From the NCBI GenBank assembly GCA_050273025.1, contig CP158635.1, positions 25,172,001 through 25,236,000 of the forward strand: a stretch of DNA of 64,000 nucleotides, in the 5' to 3' direction. The notes below the pieces were generated by a model. It was not told the origin of the DNA, did not search any database, and saw nothing but the letters and a program-made list of their open reading frames with translations. Position numbers and translations under genes: made by a program. Below are positions 41,075-54,658 of the stretch, in pieces. This DNA comes from Cenococcum geophilum (Eukaryota). The stretch's first letter is position 1; each line of letters starts with the position of its first letter.

Positions 41075-41440
41075 ACACTTTTCTCTTAAAGCTAGACTTT
41101 CCATTTTGAAAAGCAGGAAGTTTCTCGGGTTTTCTTTAGTTTCAGATAAATATAGGTTATGGTTTCAATCAGATTTATAATGCACTACATGTCCCATTTC
41201 ATCAAATGTAACCTAGCTATAAGGACCAGTATCAGGGATCACTCAGGGGCTGTCGTGGTCACGTGCTTGGTTTACATCACCTAACCCGAGCTAAGGGATT
41301 TGAAACCGACTTGGATGGGTTTTGGCTAGGAGTCGGACCTGACTATAAAAGACGTAGTTTGATCGGTCCTTACGACCTTTCTTCTGTATGTTTTTTGTAT
41401 CCTTAGTACTAGACCTATAGGATTGAATATAATATTACGT

Positions 41441-42155
41441 GTCTATATATTGCTTGGCAGAAAACCCTACAACTTAGGTATTTAACCAGATGTTCAACAC
41501 GGTCAACAATATTATCGCTTGCAACTGCACTCAATAGGTCGTTCTTTTTATTATAGATTGCTTATAATTAGTGTTCTTAGTGGCCTATATTAAGGCCCAT
41601 GACCAACTTTCTAGCTAATAGCACCCGCTCGAAAACTCCTCGCTTGACCGCCCTATTATCTACCTCCTTATCTACTACTATCCTATCTACTAAATATACT
41701 ATAGTTTTATCTTTAGAAGAAGAAAGAGCTAGGAAATAAGACGAGAGGGCCTAATAACTCTATAACCTAGAGATTTAAAAGAGGGAGTAGGAGGAATAAG
41801 TATAGATTTAAAAGATGGAATAGGAGGAATAGGTATGGATCTAAAAGATGGAATAGAAAGAGGAGTTTTACTAGGCAAGGCTAGCCGCTCTAAAGCAGCC
41901 TACTCTACTAAAGCACCCCTCTACCGCTAAGGTGGATAAACTAGGTAAGTCCTATAACCTACCAGAAGGCTTAGGCACGCTTAAGCTTAACCTCCCTAGC
42001 CTAGCTAGAAGAGACCTCTATAATATATAGAAAGGATCCTTCTGCCTAGAGAATCTAGTATATCTATAGGTACACTCTAGCCGCCTAGACCTCTCTAATA
42101 TAGCTACTATTAAAAATAGAAAGCTTATTTCGAAGAGACCTACTACTAGCCGCAA
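41441..42155 (+). mobile_element. 5' part (leader and gag) of a second DIRS-like element
   Basis: Starts GTCTATATATTGCTTGGCAG, the exact reverse complement of 19666-19685; gag 'LPSLARRDLYNI*KGSFCLENL' resembles 'LPGVIKRDYLDIFKGTFDLVNL' of the first element. Confidence 0.7.
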
Positions 42156-44147
42156 ATCTTATAAAGTAATAGATATTGTGTCTAATAGAGTCTTAATCCC
42201 TATTACTAATTTAGTCACTATTACTAATTTAATCTCTACCTTAGTTATTGCGTCCTTAAGGTCTATATACTCCTAGTAAGCTACCTTTATTACCTTATTA
42301 TTACTACTAATAGTCTAATTATCTTAATCCTTAGATTCTACTACTTAGTAGAACTAGTATGTAAGAACTTTCTCCGCTAACTACTAGCTTGCTATACTAT
42401 CTTTATCCTAATTTAGTTTATAGAGTTAATCTTATTCTTTATCTAACTCTTATATACCCTAGAGTTCTTTTAACTTAGGCTCTTATAGCTAATAGCTTAC
42501 GCTATACTTAGCGTCTTTATAAATTTAGTATGCGTTATTATAATAAAACGCGAAACTTCTAATTAAACACTCTTTTGTTCCTTGTAGTATATTATTATCC
42601 CTCTATATATATATATCGTCTACTAGTCTAGTTCCCTTTACTACGTAGTTATTCTAATTACCTTTATAGTCTCTAGCGAAATAACCTTATTTCCTATAAT
42701 TTATATAAGCTCCTTCTTTATACTACTTTTCTTACTATAGAGTCTGCCTAAACGTCTTCTGCTACTAAGATCCTTGGTTTAGCCTCTACTCCTTAGACCT
42801 TTAATTACTTAATCCTTATCCTCTAGGTTTCTATAATTTCTTTTATTATCTTAACTCTTATATTCTACTAAGGTCTATACTATACTATAGTTTAGACACC
42901 TATTATATCTTTCTTATATATACTAGTTCCTATTATATTTATCCTAACTTCTCGCTTTAGTATAGCTGGTTATCTACCTTAATAGCCTGTTTAATTAACT
43001 CCCTTATATTACTTAGATCGTCTAGTAGTATTATTATACTTTAAACTTTAGCCTTTAATCCGCGTTAGTATTAAGCTATTAACGCCCCTACGTTCTACTT
43101 AGTCTACGCTACTAGTGTCTAAAACTGCGTTATATAGTCTATTGCTAATCCCTTCTATATAAGTTAATATAGCTTCCCTTTAGCTATTACTATCGATTCC
43201 GGATCTCTATATATCTATATTAGTCTACTAGTAAATCCCTCCTAGCTTATAAATATATACTATACTTCTAAATTAGTAGTTAATAACCTATTAGCTTATA
43301 TCTCCGTAAGATAGGGTTTAAACTACTCTAGTACCTAACCTATTAAGAACAATCCTGCGTACGCTACTTAATTACTTAGCTGCGCTAGTTTAGTTCCTTT
43401 ATATAGAACCTTTATTCTTATTTATATAAGAAATCCTTTAAGTTTATATTTCTTTCCTATAAATCTCTTAATTAAGGGTATCTTAATCTTTTCTTATTTT
43501 ATATCCTATAGTTACTTAATTAGTAATTACTAGTTATTATCTACCTATTCCGTAAACGCTTTAAGCTATACTATAGTGACAACCTATAAGTTATTATCCT
43601 GTATACTAGTATCTCCTCTAAACCCTAAGCCTAAGGTTATTACTACCGTAGATAGCGTCGTGGTTGCTGCTTTAGGTGGTATTATATTAACTTGCTATCT
43701 TCTACCGTAACTATTGTAGTAATTATATAACGGAACGGAGTAGGAATACTACGGTACGTCCTATTAATGGGCCGAGTATATAGGTATAGATATTAAACAA
43801 TTTAACGATTGTACTAGTAGAGTATTTGCCTAATAAATTAACTCTAATTATATTCTAAGAATTACTATAAGGAAGGAACTATCTAAGGTAGGGACTGAGG
43901 TCCTTTAAATACACAACCGTACTCCTAAGAAATCCTTCTTATATATAAGATACGTATTATACATGTTATATATAGACATTCCCTTTGTATACCGCGTATA
44001 CCGCGTATAATATTATATAACCTTAGTTACCATTCCTTGTTATATAGCTTAACCGGTTCTATTTTAGACTGTGCTTCTATTAACTAACTAGCTGCTTCCA
44101 ACTCCTCTCCTAGTAGTCGTAATATCGTACTTAAAGCGTCCGTAACA
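42156..44147 (-). mobile_element. Gypsy A 5' part (5' LTR 43726-44147, gag), truncated
   Basis: Colinear with 32730-34270 and the family A LTR. Confidence 0.85.
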
Positions 44148-47100
44148 CTATAGGGCGTTCTTATTATTATATTCTTCCAGTAGCTTATTATCTTCGCTAT
44201 ACTAGCACTCTATCTACTTATCTAAGTACTTTAGGGGTCTTAGTTTATTAGGGTAATAGCTATAGAATTTTTAAAGCTTATAGGGACTACTAATAAAGTT
44301 CTATATAGGGTACTAGGTAGGGTCTAGGTTATAGCCTTTCTAACTAACGTAGTACTTTAGCGTTCTCCTTACTAGCTTACAGGCCAGTATTTCTTTAATT
44401 TCCCATTTATTATCGCTATTGACTTAAATTAGTAGGGGAGGTTTATTCTTTTATCTAGGTAATAGGTTGTTTATAGCTTTCTATAGCTTATCTAGTAAGA
44501 AGATAGGGTAGACCTTAATTAAATCTAGCAGATTTACGTTATATAAGTTGCCTATATTCTTAAGAACCTTATATAGTCCTACTATCTAATAGTTTAGCTT
44601 ACGGCTAGGCCGTTCTATCTTCTAGTTCCTTATTATAACCTAGACCATATTACCTATAGTAAAGTTAGGCTCGCGCCTATACTTATTCGCCTACTATTCT
44701 ATTAATTTCTAGGCTTTTCCTATGTTTATATAGGCTACTATCTAGGCTTCTTTTAAGCGCTTAGCGTACTACTAGGCTTCCTTATAGGATGGTTTCTTAT
44801 ATATAGTCTAGGGTCCTTTTAGTCTTTTCTAGTTAAAGCTTATATAGGGTAAGTAGCCTATTTCTAGTTAAATAGGGGCAAATCTAGTAGAGTTATGGGG
44901 TAGGGTCGCTTAGGTATAGTCTATTAGGGGTAGTAGTTTAGCCTAGTTATCCTAGAAGTAGTTAATAAAAGGCTAGAGTCTCTAATCTAAATACTAATTT
45001 ATAATCTCTATCTAGCCGTCTATCTAGGGGTAGTATACTATAGAGAGCTTTAGCCTAATACCTAGGATCTAGGTAAACTCGTTCTAGAAGGCCGATATAA
45101 ATTGCAGCCTATAATTAGATATAATAATATCTAGTAGTCCGTAAATATAGTAGACGTAGTAGATATATAGTTAGGCCGCTTCTTTAGCATTAATATTCTT
45201 ATAATAGGGAATTAAGAATAGGCGCTTGCTAAAGCGGTTAACTAGAATTATAACCATATTATATCCGTTACGGTCTATAGGTAGCTTATAGAAGTTAATA
45301 GAGATATACTACTAGGGGCGGTCGGGTATTGGGAGAGGTTTTAATAGTCCTAGGGTCTTATCTTATGGAATTATAGACCTACAGTAGTCATTACAGTTCC
45401 GTACGTAACGGTTAATATCTATAACTATTCTAGGCCAGTAGTAATGTTCACTAATAATCTTATAGGTCTTATTTTTTCTAGGGTAGGCCATAGAGACCTA
45501 GGTATATGCTTTAGCGATAAGCTAAGTCTATAGGTTCTATTCCTCTACTACCACTAGCTATTCGCAGTACTTAAGTAGTCTATTTTTAAGGGACCATAGG
45601 CTAGAAATATCCTTTATCTTTTTATAGTACTCCTATAGAGAAGGGGCCGTACGGTTTACCTATAGCAGTTTATTAATAAGGTTAAGTTCTATAGGGTTAA
45701 TAGGACATATCTCGGCGTCTAAAGAGTCTATATTTAGTTCTGCCCGTATCTAGGGGTTAAGGTACTCTAGTTATAGTAGTGTCTAGGTCTATAGTAAGAT
45801 TTTTACAGCTATCTAGTTATCTATATCCTATTTATACCTTATAAGAGCGTCTGTACAGTTAGTAGCGCCTGGCCTATATATAATTAGGAAGTTAAATTAA
45901 GATAGAACGTCCGCCTAGAGCGCCTACCGGGCCGTAAGGGTCTTAGTTATTATAAAGTATTCTAAGGCCTTATAATCTAAAACTACCTAGATAGGCTTAG
46001 GGGTCCCCTCTAGCTATACGCGCTAGTACTTAAAGCTAGAGATAATAGCTAGTATTTCTTTGTCGTAAATATAGTAGTTTAGCTCGGTATCTATTATAGT
46101 CTTTAAATAGTATATAATAGGGTGCCATTGTTACGGGACTGCCCGTGACACGCGCTTCGCTAGACGCGTAACTGGTTTCCTTTCCTCTTGATATCGCTTG
46201 GTAGATAGTTTATCCGCCCCGATTGCCCCTATATAGATTTAGCCGCAGTTAAATTCCTGTTGAGCTCTCCAGCAATCCTCTTGAGTCTCCACGACAGCTG
46301 TATGTAGCTATTAATTCTTCGAATCTGATGCTTGTTTATCTAGCGTTCGCATATAATATATCGTCTTCGTAACAGCCATTCTCTATTTAGTTGCTTTTAG
46401 AAATAAACGCCTACTATTATATTATCTATAGCATTAGTTTCTAGCATTAAGGGCCGTTCTAGGTAAAAGTAGACGAGTAGTAGGGCCAAGACTAGCCGTT
46501 TCTTAAGCTCGTTAAAGGTCTACCTATATACGGCGTTAAAGTAAAAGGGCTGGTCTTTTTAGGTAAGGCGGTTAAGAGGGCTAGTAATCTTACTGTAGTC
46601 CTTAATAAAGTATTAGTAGAAGTTATAGAAACCTAGAAATAATTATACCCCTTTTACAGTCCGTAGGGGTACCTACTAGGTAATTACGGCCGTTTTCTCT
46701 AGGTTAGTTTTAATTCTATCTATACTAACAATAAACCCTAAGTACTTTATACGCTTAATACTAAACTCTAACTTCTTAATATTAGCCTAGAGGCTAGCCT
46801 TATAAAGCTATTATAGGACTTTATAGACGTGCTCCTTGTATTCCAGCTTATTCTTAAAGTAGATTATAATATTATCTAGGTAGGCTGTATAGAAGTTATT
46901 AAGGTAGTTAAAGAGTATATTGTTTATATACCACTAGTACATAGCTAGTCCGTTAGTTAGTCTAAAAGGAAGTACCTTATATTTATACATTCTATAATAG
47001 GTCTAAAAGGTAGTAAGATCCTTAGACCTAGGGTCTATCCTAATTTAGTAGAAGGCCTAGCGGATATTAAGCTTTATAAAGACCTTAGCTCTACTTATTT

Positions 47101-49490
47101 GGGCTAGGGTTTTATTAAGTAGGGGCAGCAAATAGCGGTCCTTGCGGGTTATATTATTTAGCTTATAGTAGTTAATATAGAAACAGAGTCCTTTATTTAG
47201 CTTTTTAGTAAAGAAAATAGGTAAGTTAAAAGGAGCTTAGCTAGGCTTAATAAAGCCCTTATCTAGGTTATTAATAAGGTACTACTTTATAGCCTATAAT
47301 TTAGTAGTAGACTACTTATAAAGGGGGCTAAAGCTAAGGGTGTTTTCCTTATCTGGCTTAATCTTATAGTTATATAGTTAGTAAGGCGGGAGTATATTAG
47401 ACACTGCCTTAGAGAATATATCCTTAAATTTCTAGTATTAATAGAGTAGTTTCTATTCTACTAGCTCCTTATCTATAAGCTTGCTTTCCTATCCACTAAG
47501 CTTACTTTCCTTTTCCTTAATTATTTAATTAATTTTATATAAGCTAGTAGTAAAGGTAACAGTATTAGATTGAACTAAGTTCCAGTAGAATCCTATAGCG
47601 CTAATACAACAAATATTAACTAGTGAGAGGTCCGTAGGTTTCTTTATAGACTTTTATTAGGCCATATTTTATAGTATAGGGTTTATAACCTTTCTTAGCT
47701 TATATTCTATTTTCTATAAGTTATCCTTCTAGTCTATTAGTTTAGTATAGCGTCTAGTATTCCTAGCCTTCCTTATAGCTATATAGGGCCTAAGTTCTCT
47801 ATAGGGAATATAGGTAGGTTACTACTAACTTCCTAGGTCCCTAGTGCGGGTAGCGTAATATAGGTAGTCTAGGGGCGTTATAGTATACATATCCGTTGCG
47901 GATTAAGTCGTATATCTTTCTTAAAGGCCTAGTCCCTATATATAGCATTAGCCTAGTAGATAGTGTTTATCTATAGTTATATAAGGTTTTCTATTATAAT
48001 ACTAATTTCTTTTATAAAGGAAGGTGTTAGGGGTATAGTTTTAGGCTAGATAAGCCGTCTATTCCGTATATTAAGCTATAGGTCTAAGTAGGTAAGCTAT
48101 TTTCTCCCTAAAATCATATTATAGCTTCTAAGGTCCATAATAAGGAAGGGGATATTATACTACCTTCGTCCATTAATATAGAGGTAGATCCGCAAGACAG
48201 TTGTAATATGTGGCCCTATCTATCTGTTATACCCGTAAATAGGAATTAGTTTAGGCAGTTCTTTAAGGGGCGTATTTAAAAAGGTAGCTAGCTTTATAGC
48301 ATACTAGGTATCTATTAAGGTAAAGGTATTTACTCTAGAGTTAGCTAAAGTAGAGGTTAAAACTTAATATCTATTACGGAATAAAGTATAAGGGATAGTA
48401 TAGCTTCTTCTATTAACTTGCTAACCTAGATTAATATATAATATATTAATCTCTTTTAACCCTAGAGAGGAGTCTTTCTTTAGGGTTCCTCTTTTTCTAA
48501 CTCCGCGCTATCCTCCTAGATTAATAGGATTTTATATATCTTTACCTTTATCTAATAGTCCTTTATAAAGTAGTTCTTCTAACTATATAAGATATAAGCT
48601 TTTTAGTTACTAAGGGCCTATTTATAGGGGTCACTATATATAGGTTAAGCGTTCGCTAGACCCGTAGTAGGGCTAGCTATATAGCTAGTTATTAGATTGC
48701 TAGCGGGTTATATAGCTAGTATTATAGGGGTTGCTAATTATACCGAGGCACTATAGGCCGTTCTTATAGTGCTTATAGTCTGGATTAAAGGGTTTCTAGC
48801 TTTATACCGCTTAGCTTATACCTTAATTTAATAGAGGCCTTAGTTAATAGCCAGGCAGTAGTCTATAAGCACCTTTAGCGTCTATATAGTAGTAAAAACT
48901 AGTAGTATAGTACGTTATAGGTCTAAGGTAAGCTTATTAAAGAGATCTAGTATTAAGTCTTTGTAGGTAATTTAGGCTTAGCCAGCTAGGTCTAGAAAGT
49001 AGGTCTAGAAGGCTAAAAAGGTCTCTATCGTTTTTATATTTAGGCTTTTATAAGTAAGGCGGGCGTTCTATACCTTAAAGGGGTCCTTATAGATAGAAGA
49101 TAGGTAGTTAATTATCTCTTCTCTAGAGAGGAAGGGGTTTGCTAAGTCCCAGGCGTATTGCGGACGTAGATACGTTTATACGTCCCCATTAGTACGGCTA
49201 AAGACGTAGGCCATTTTAGCTTAAATAGTAGAGAAGTAGTCCGTATTAACCTTAAGCTTATTTTATAGTTAAAGCTTCTAATTATTAAATATAGAGTTAG
49301 TTCCGTCTATAAGTAATAGGGGGTCCGCGACCTTTATAGACCGCAATAATGCTAATACTATATATTAGGCTAGGGCCTTTAGGACTATAGCAAGTCTTTA
49401 GGTATCTAATAACTTATCGCTAGGTATAGGGGTATCTCTAGTTTTCAGCTCTTAAAGTTATTTAATTTTAGTATTAGCTGCCATAAGCTC
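44148..49490 (-). mobile_element. Ty3/Gypsy family B internal region (gag-pol to chromodomain), RIP-inactivated
   Basis: Minus-strand RT 'RFCINYYKLN', 'AYLDNII', RNase H 'YDKEILAI', integrase 'YYP*IDG*IE', chromodomain 'LKYYVS*KGY'. Confidence 0.85.
46129..46374. repeat. Solo LTR (246 bp) of an otherwise absent family
   Basis: TGTTACG...CGTAACA termini; TSD GCCAT (46124-46128, 46375-46379). Confidence 0.88.
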
Positions 49491-49493
49491 TAC

Positions 49494-49794
49494 CTAAAGT
49501 ACTACGTTAGTTAGAAAGGCTATAACCTAGATCCTACCTAGTACCCTATATAGAACTTTATTAGTAGTCCCTATAAGCTTTAAGAGTTCTATAGCTATTA
49601 CCCTAATAAACTAAGACCTCTAAAGTATCTAGACAAGTAGATAGAGTGCTAGTATAGCGAAAATAATAAGCTACTAGAAGAATATAAGGATAAGAACGCC
49701 CTATAGGTATAATACGGATATATAAAGCCTAAGGGCAGGCTTTACTAAGGGGGGGGGGTAATATTACAGCACTGGCAGAAAATAGCAGAATTTG
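49494..49794 (+). mobile_element. Gypsy B 3' fragment (chromodomain end, poly-G PPT, LTR start) in opposite orientation
   Basis: 49494-49705 is the reverse complement of ~44148-44360; G-run at 49749-49758. Confidence 0.75.
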
Positions 49795-52136
49795 TGTCAC
49801 GACACCTAGTAGGAAATACTATGGTAAGAGCTGTATTTAAGCTAGGTATATAGATAAATAAATAAATAAGTAACAAGTCCTAGTAGAGTAGGTGCTTAAT
49901 ATATTAGCTCTAATTATATTCTAAAATTCACTATAAAGAAGAGAACTATCTAAGGTAGGGACTATGGTTCTTTAAATATACAATCCAACTCCTAAGAGAT
50001 TCGTTAGGTACGTTAGTACGTCGGTATATTAGTATGTCCTACATTTCTATATACTTATATACTTACATACTAAGTTCCTTGTAACTCGTTATGTGACTCA
50101 GCTACCCCTTATCCTATAGCTTAATTGGTTCTAGCGCCTCCCGTACTATCTTAACCAACCCATTTATATCTCTTCTTAGTAGTTATACTACTGCCCTTAT
50201 AAGGTCCGTAACACTATCTCCCTCCTCTTTATCTTCGCCCTTAAAGATTTCTCCTATCTCTAAGTCGTTAATTAGAGGTATAGTATTCCTATTCTTAATT
50301 TAATAACCTTCCTAATTTATAATACCTCCTATTAGATCCTCTCTATCTAATCGTTGCAATTAGCTAGTAACTACTATACTTTTACTTAGTAAAGTCATGC
50401 CGTCCTATTCTTACTATAAGGAGAAGAAATTAGTATATATTATAATTGCGGCTCTATCTAGTCACTAACCTTCTTCCTATACTAAGTATATAAAATCAAA
50501 TATACAATTATCCTGTAATATTTAATCTATCTCTAACGCTAAGTATAGGCGTCTAGTACCTTATCTAACTTATCTTAGGGTCTTATATTTAATCTAAGGC
50601 GTCCTACCTTAAGGATAAGTTATTCTTAGCCCTTACTAAGGTATAAAAGCTCTAAGATAATAGAGAAATAATCCACGCTAAGGAGCGGTGAGTGTTTAAT
50701 GCTTAACTAGCTGCTTATACTTAGTTACTCTATCTTAAAAAGGTTTATAAAAAGGTACGCTCTAAGGAGTAGCGTCTTACTAAGTAAGGTCTCTATAAGC
50801 TTAAGGCTAAGGAGGCTAAAAAGGATTCTGGTTATAAAGAGGCGGAAACAGTTTATACGCCGGTAGTAGATCCCGTAGATAATCCGGCTCATCTATCGCC
50901 TTTAGCTAATCCCTTTATCTTTAGCTCCTTCTTAATATTACCTAACCCGTTTTCTTCTAATACTCCTATACCTTTCTTATAGCGTTCTTTAGGTTCTATA
51001 ATAGCTCCTAAGTAGTCTTATTATAACATATCTACTTTACTTTATACTATATTTCGTCGTCTATATCCTTATAACTAACGATCTTTAAAACTTACTATTT
51101 ATCTTCCTCTTATCCTTTATACGTATCCGCTTTATAGACTAGTAGCTTAATATTCCTATATACTGGCTCTAGTATTATAATATACTATATAGGGTAGATT
51201 TTTATTTTAGCTAGTAGGTTTAACTTAAATATAACTAGTAAAATCCTTTATATAATTTCGAAAGGTTCTAGTCTAACATAGTCCAATTTCTTGCTTAGTC
51301 GTTAACTTTTAAAATTTTTATATAGTAGCTATACTTTATCCCCCTCCTTAAGATCTAGTCCCTTAGATCTCTTAGCGTTATAGTACCTTTTTATTCTTTA
51401 TTATACTACCTTTACTATTTTAGTAAGGTCTGTATAAAGATTTATTAATATCTCTATTCTTTACTTAGCTATACTACTTATTTTCTTAGCTTATTATAGC
51501 AATAACAATATTCTTAGTATATATCCGTAGTTTGCCTTAAATAGTAATATTCCTATTCCTTCTTATAGTGTTATATTATATATAAACTATATAACTAGTA
51601 ATAACAATACTTAATTATTCTATACGTAATTAATATAGTACCTTAGATACTATTCTAGTGTCTAGTTTAATCTTTTTATTTAACCGTCTGTCTATAGGTA
51701 ATATACAGTTAATATTACTACTTAAACCCCTTATTCTACTAGGAATACCTCCTAGAATATTGCTACAAATCTTAGATCTCTATCCGATATAATTTTACTA
51801 GGTGCTCTATATCTTATAAACACTTCCTTAATATAGATTCTAGCAATATCTTCTACTAAGATTTCTTCTATATATACTATAAAGTAGCCCTACTTTATAA
51901 GCTTATCTACTATTACTAGGATTATATTATAATCTTATCCGGTAATAGGATCTCTTAACTTTAGTAACTTTATAATAAAGTCCTATAATATAACCTCCTA
52001 TAGTCTTTTTAGTATTTTAATAGGTTATAGCCTTCTATATAGCTTATGCCTTATTAGTTTATTCCTTTAGCAATCTAGATATTCCTTTATAACTTTTTAT
52101 ACTATACCCTAAATTCTATTAATAATATACTCCTCC
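49795..52136 (-). mobile_element. Gypsy A divergent subfamily, 3' part (3' LTR 49795-50213, antisense ORF, chromodomain, integrase)
   Basis: Colinear with the other family A copies; U3 part of the LTR is diverged. Confidence 0.85.
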
Positions 52137-54658
52137 TTTTAAATTCTTTTATCTTAAGGGAGAATAACCTAAAAGGAGCTCTTGCTGCACCTGGCCTAAA
52201 AAGACTAAAACTAACTAAAAGAACCCTAAAAAATACCTAGAGAATCCCCCTAAGATATATACATCGCAGGGGAGGTACACGTCAAACGATGGTGGTTCGC
52301 ACTCGCGCGCGACCGCTAGAACCACGCCTAGCAATAGCCCTCTATAATAAAGACGGGCGAATACTACACTATAAAGCGGAAATACCTCTATTAAGAAGGC
52401 ATCTAATAAAATATAAAGCCTATTAGACGCGTCTAGTATCTAGAATTATAGGGGAGTAACTATTAGCTATAACGAATTAACGCAGTTAGTAGAATAGCTC
52501 CGCTAGTTTAGTGAACCTTAGGCGCCCCTCTAGTAAACCCTTAATTAAATCCTCTAACGGCTAAGCAAATTTAAAAATAAATAAACCCCCCCCTTACTAG
52601 CGAACCGCACCTAGGCTGCCGTAGCTGCGCTTCTATAGTATAGGGAACCTACTCCCCTTAAGATAACAACTAGGTATATAATTATAATACGACTAAATAT
52701 AGAAAAAGTAGAGGGGCTTAGGGGACTATTAGAAATAGAAGTCCTTATAGAGGTTTATAAAGAGGTCTATAACGCTATTATAGTCTAATACCTTAGAAGT
52801 GGAGATATTAGAGTTACCCTAAAGGACTAATAGGTAAAGAAATAAGTTATATAGGTAGGGAATAGGCTAGGAGAATATATTAGTATAAAAGTACTCTATA
52901 AAGATTACTTAGTTAAAGTCGTAGTAGTTTTTATAAGCCTTAGGGTAGAAAAGGGACGCTAGGCGGATAATATAGTAACTATATAGGAGATAGTAAAATA
53001 AATAGAACGCCTTATACTAGGACTTAAGATCACTTAAATCTAATAACTTTAATAGGAAAATATAAACTAAGTATATAATAAGAATAATAAGAGAATATAA
53101 GGGTTGCTAGAGACTTACTAGGGAGACGCTAGACAAACGTATAGCTCCCTTATTATTAGTATATATATACTAGGGATATAAAAACTTTTTATCTAAAAAG
53201 GAATAATTATAAATAGCCTTATATATAATATAAGGCTCTATAACTATAGACTACGCCTAAAATAATACTATTACTATATATAATAGGGATATACCTAATC
53301 TATATACGCAGTCTAGGTATACTGCGGCTACTATATAGGCCTCTATAATATAAGATACTACTTAAATTAAAACTAAATAAAATATATAAACTTCTACTAA
53401 AGTATATATAAGGCATAGGAGAGAGAAGACTATATTAAATATAGGAGATAGAAGATAAGGGCTTAACAGCTGCGGGAATAACTATATGCTAGGTTATATA
53501 AATAGAAATAATAGGTAATAAGCTAGGGGGACGTAGGTGCCTTTCTAGCATTTCCTACCTTTAATACTAGGGGGCTAGGCTAGCCATCCTAAGCCTTAAT
53601 AGGCTAGAAGCGGCGCTATATAATATTACTAGACCAAATAGGGATATAAGGGTTATAGGGGATATAAGGAAGAGGACGCCCTATAGGGAGACCCCTATAA
53701 ACAGCTATAGTAAGCTTAAGACTAGGATAATTAAGAATTAGACTTAATGCGGTAAATATAATATTTATAGCCAACCTATAAAGGGTATATAGCTAACTAG
53801 TAAGAATAGGGGAAGAACTAGAGATAATAATAGATTTAGATATAGAAGGGCTAGTAGGAATATAAGATATAGGAATAGAAAGCTCTATATAAAATAAGTA
53901 GTAACTAGGGTGTAGATATAAGAGATAGAAGTTCTAAATATCCTAGAGAAAGTAGAAATAGAAGAAGTAAGGAATAAAGGAGAGTTAAAGGACCCTTGCT
54001 AGGCGTCCGCCACCTATCTATTATATAGTATAACTGCGGTAATATAAACTACTATCTTATAAGGCCCTTACTAGAGAGTCTAGACCTAGAGAAATACTAT
54101 ATCCTAACTATATAAGAGCCGTATTATAATACCTATATATAATCAATATATTACCCCTAAGGATTCTAGCTCCTATACAAACTAAAAGCAGCTATACGTG
54201 TGTGTTTTATAATTAGTAAGGCTATTAGCCTATCCTTATAGTTATAGTAGGCAGTTAACCTAGATATTATAGTTATAATAATCCAGATATATAGGGGACT
54301 AGTATAAATTATTAATATATATAACCCTAGGGTTATAGGGGTCCTATAAATAGAGAATATTATATTAGTAATAAGCTTATTAGAAACTAAAGGTATAGAG
54401 TCTATCCTATTAGGAGATATAAACCTCTACTACCTATAGTAGGGGGGTATCTATATTGCCACTAATTGTTAGGTAGAGTACCTACTAAAAGCTATAGATA
54501 TCTAGGGCCTTAAGCTAGCTACCCCCCTAGGAGCAATTATATAGTAATAAGGCACTACTAGAAGTATAATTAACCTTATATTTATAGATAAAGGCCTATA
54601 TTAAAGACTTAAAAGATATAACCCTAAAGAAGAATAGGCACTTACTTTAAACTATATC
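52137..54658 (+). mobile_element. Tad1-like LINE copy 2, 5' part (ORF1, endonuclease)
   Basis: Colinear with 388-2872; interrupted by Gypsy C. Confidence 0.88.

Noticed and set aside
39876..41104. Minus-strand and short ORFs overlapping the island gene
   Set aside because: Shadow ORFs of the spliced plus-strand gene; the track's 40065 start is a TTG and ATG 40092 is preferred.
41251..41440. Possible solo LTR or extended DIRS terminus (TGTCGTGG..., TATAAAA)
   Set aside because: No second end, TSD or second copy in the window, so it cannot be assigned.
19947..44152. CTATA target site seen at two Gypsy A insertions
   Set aside because: RIP collapses many pentamers to CTATA; two cases do not show target specificity.
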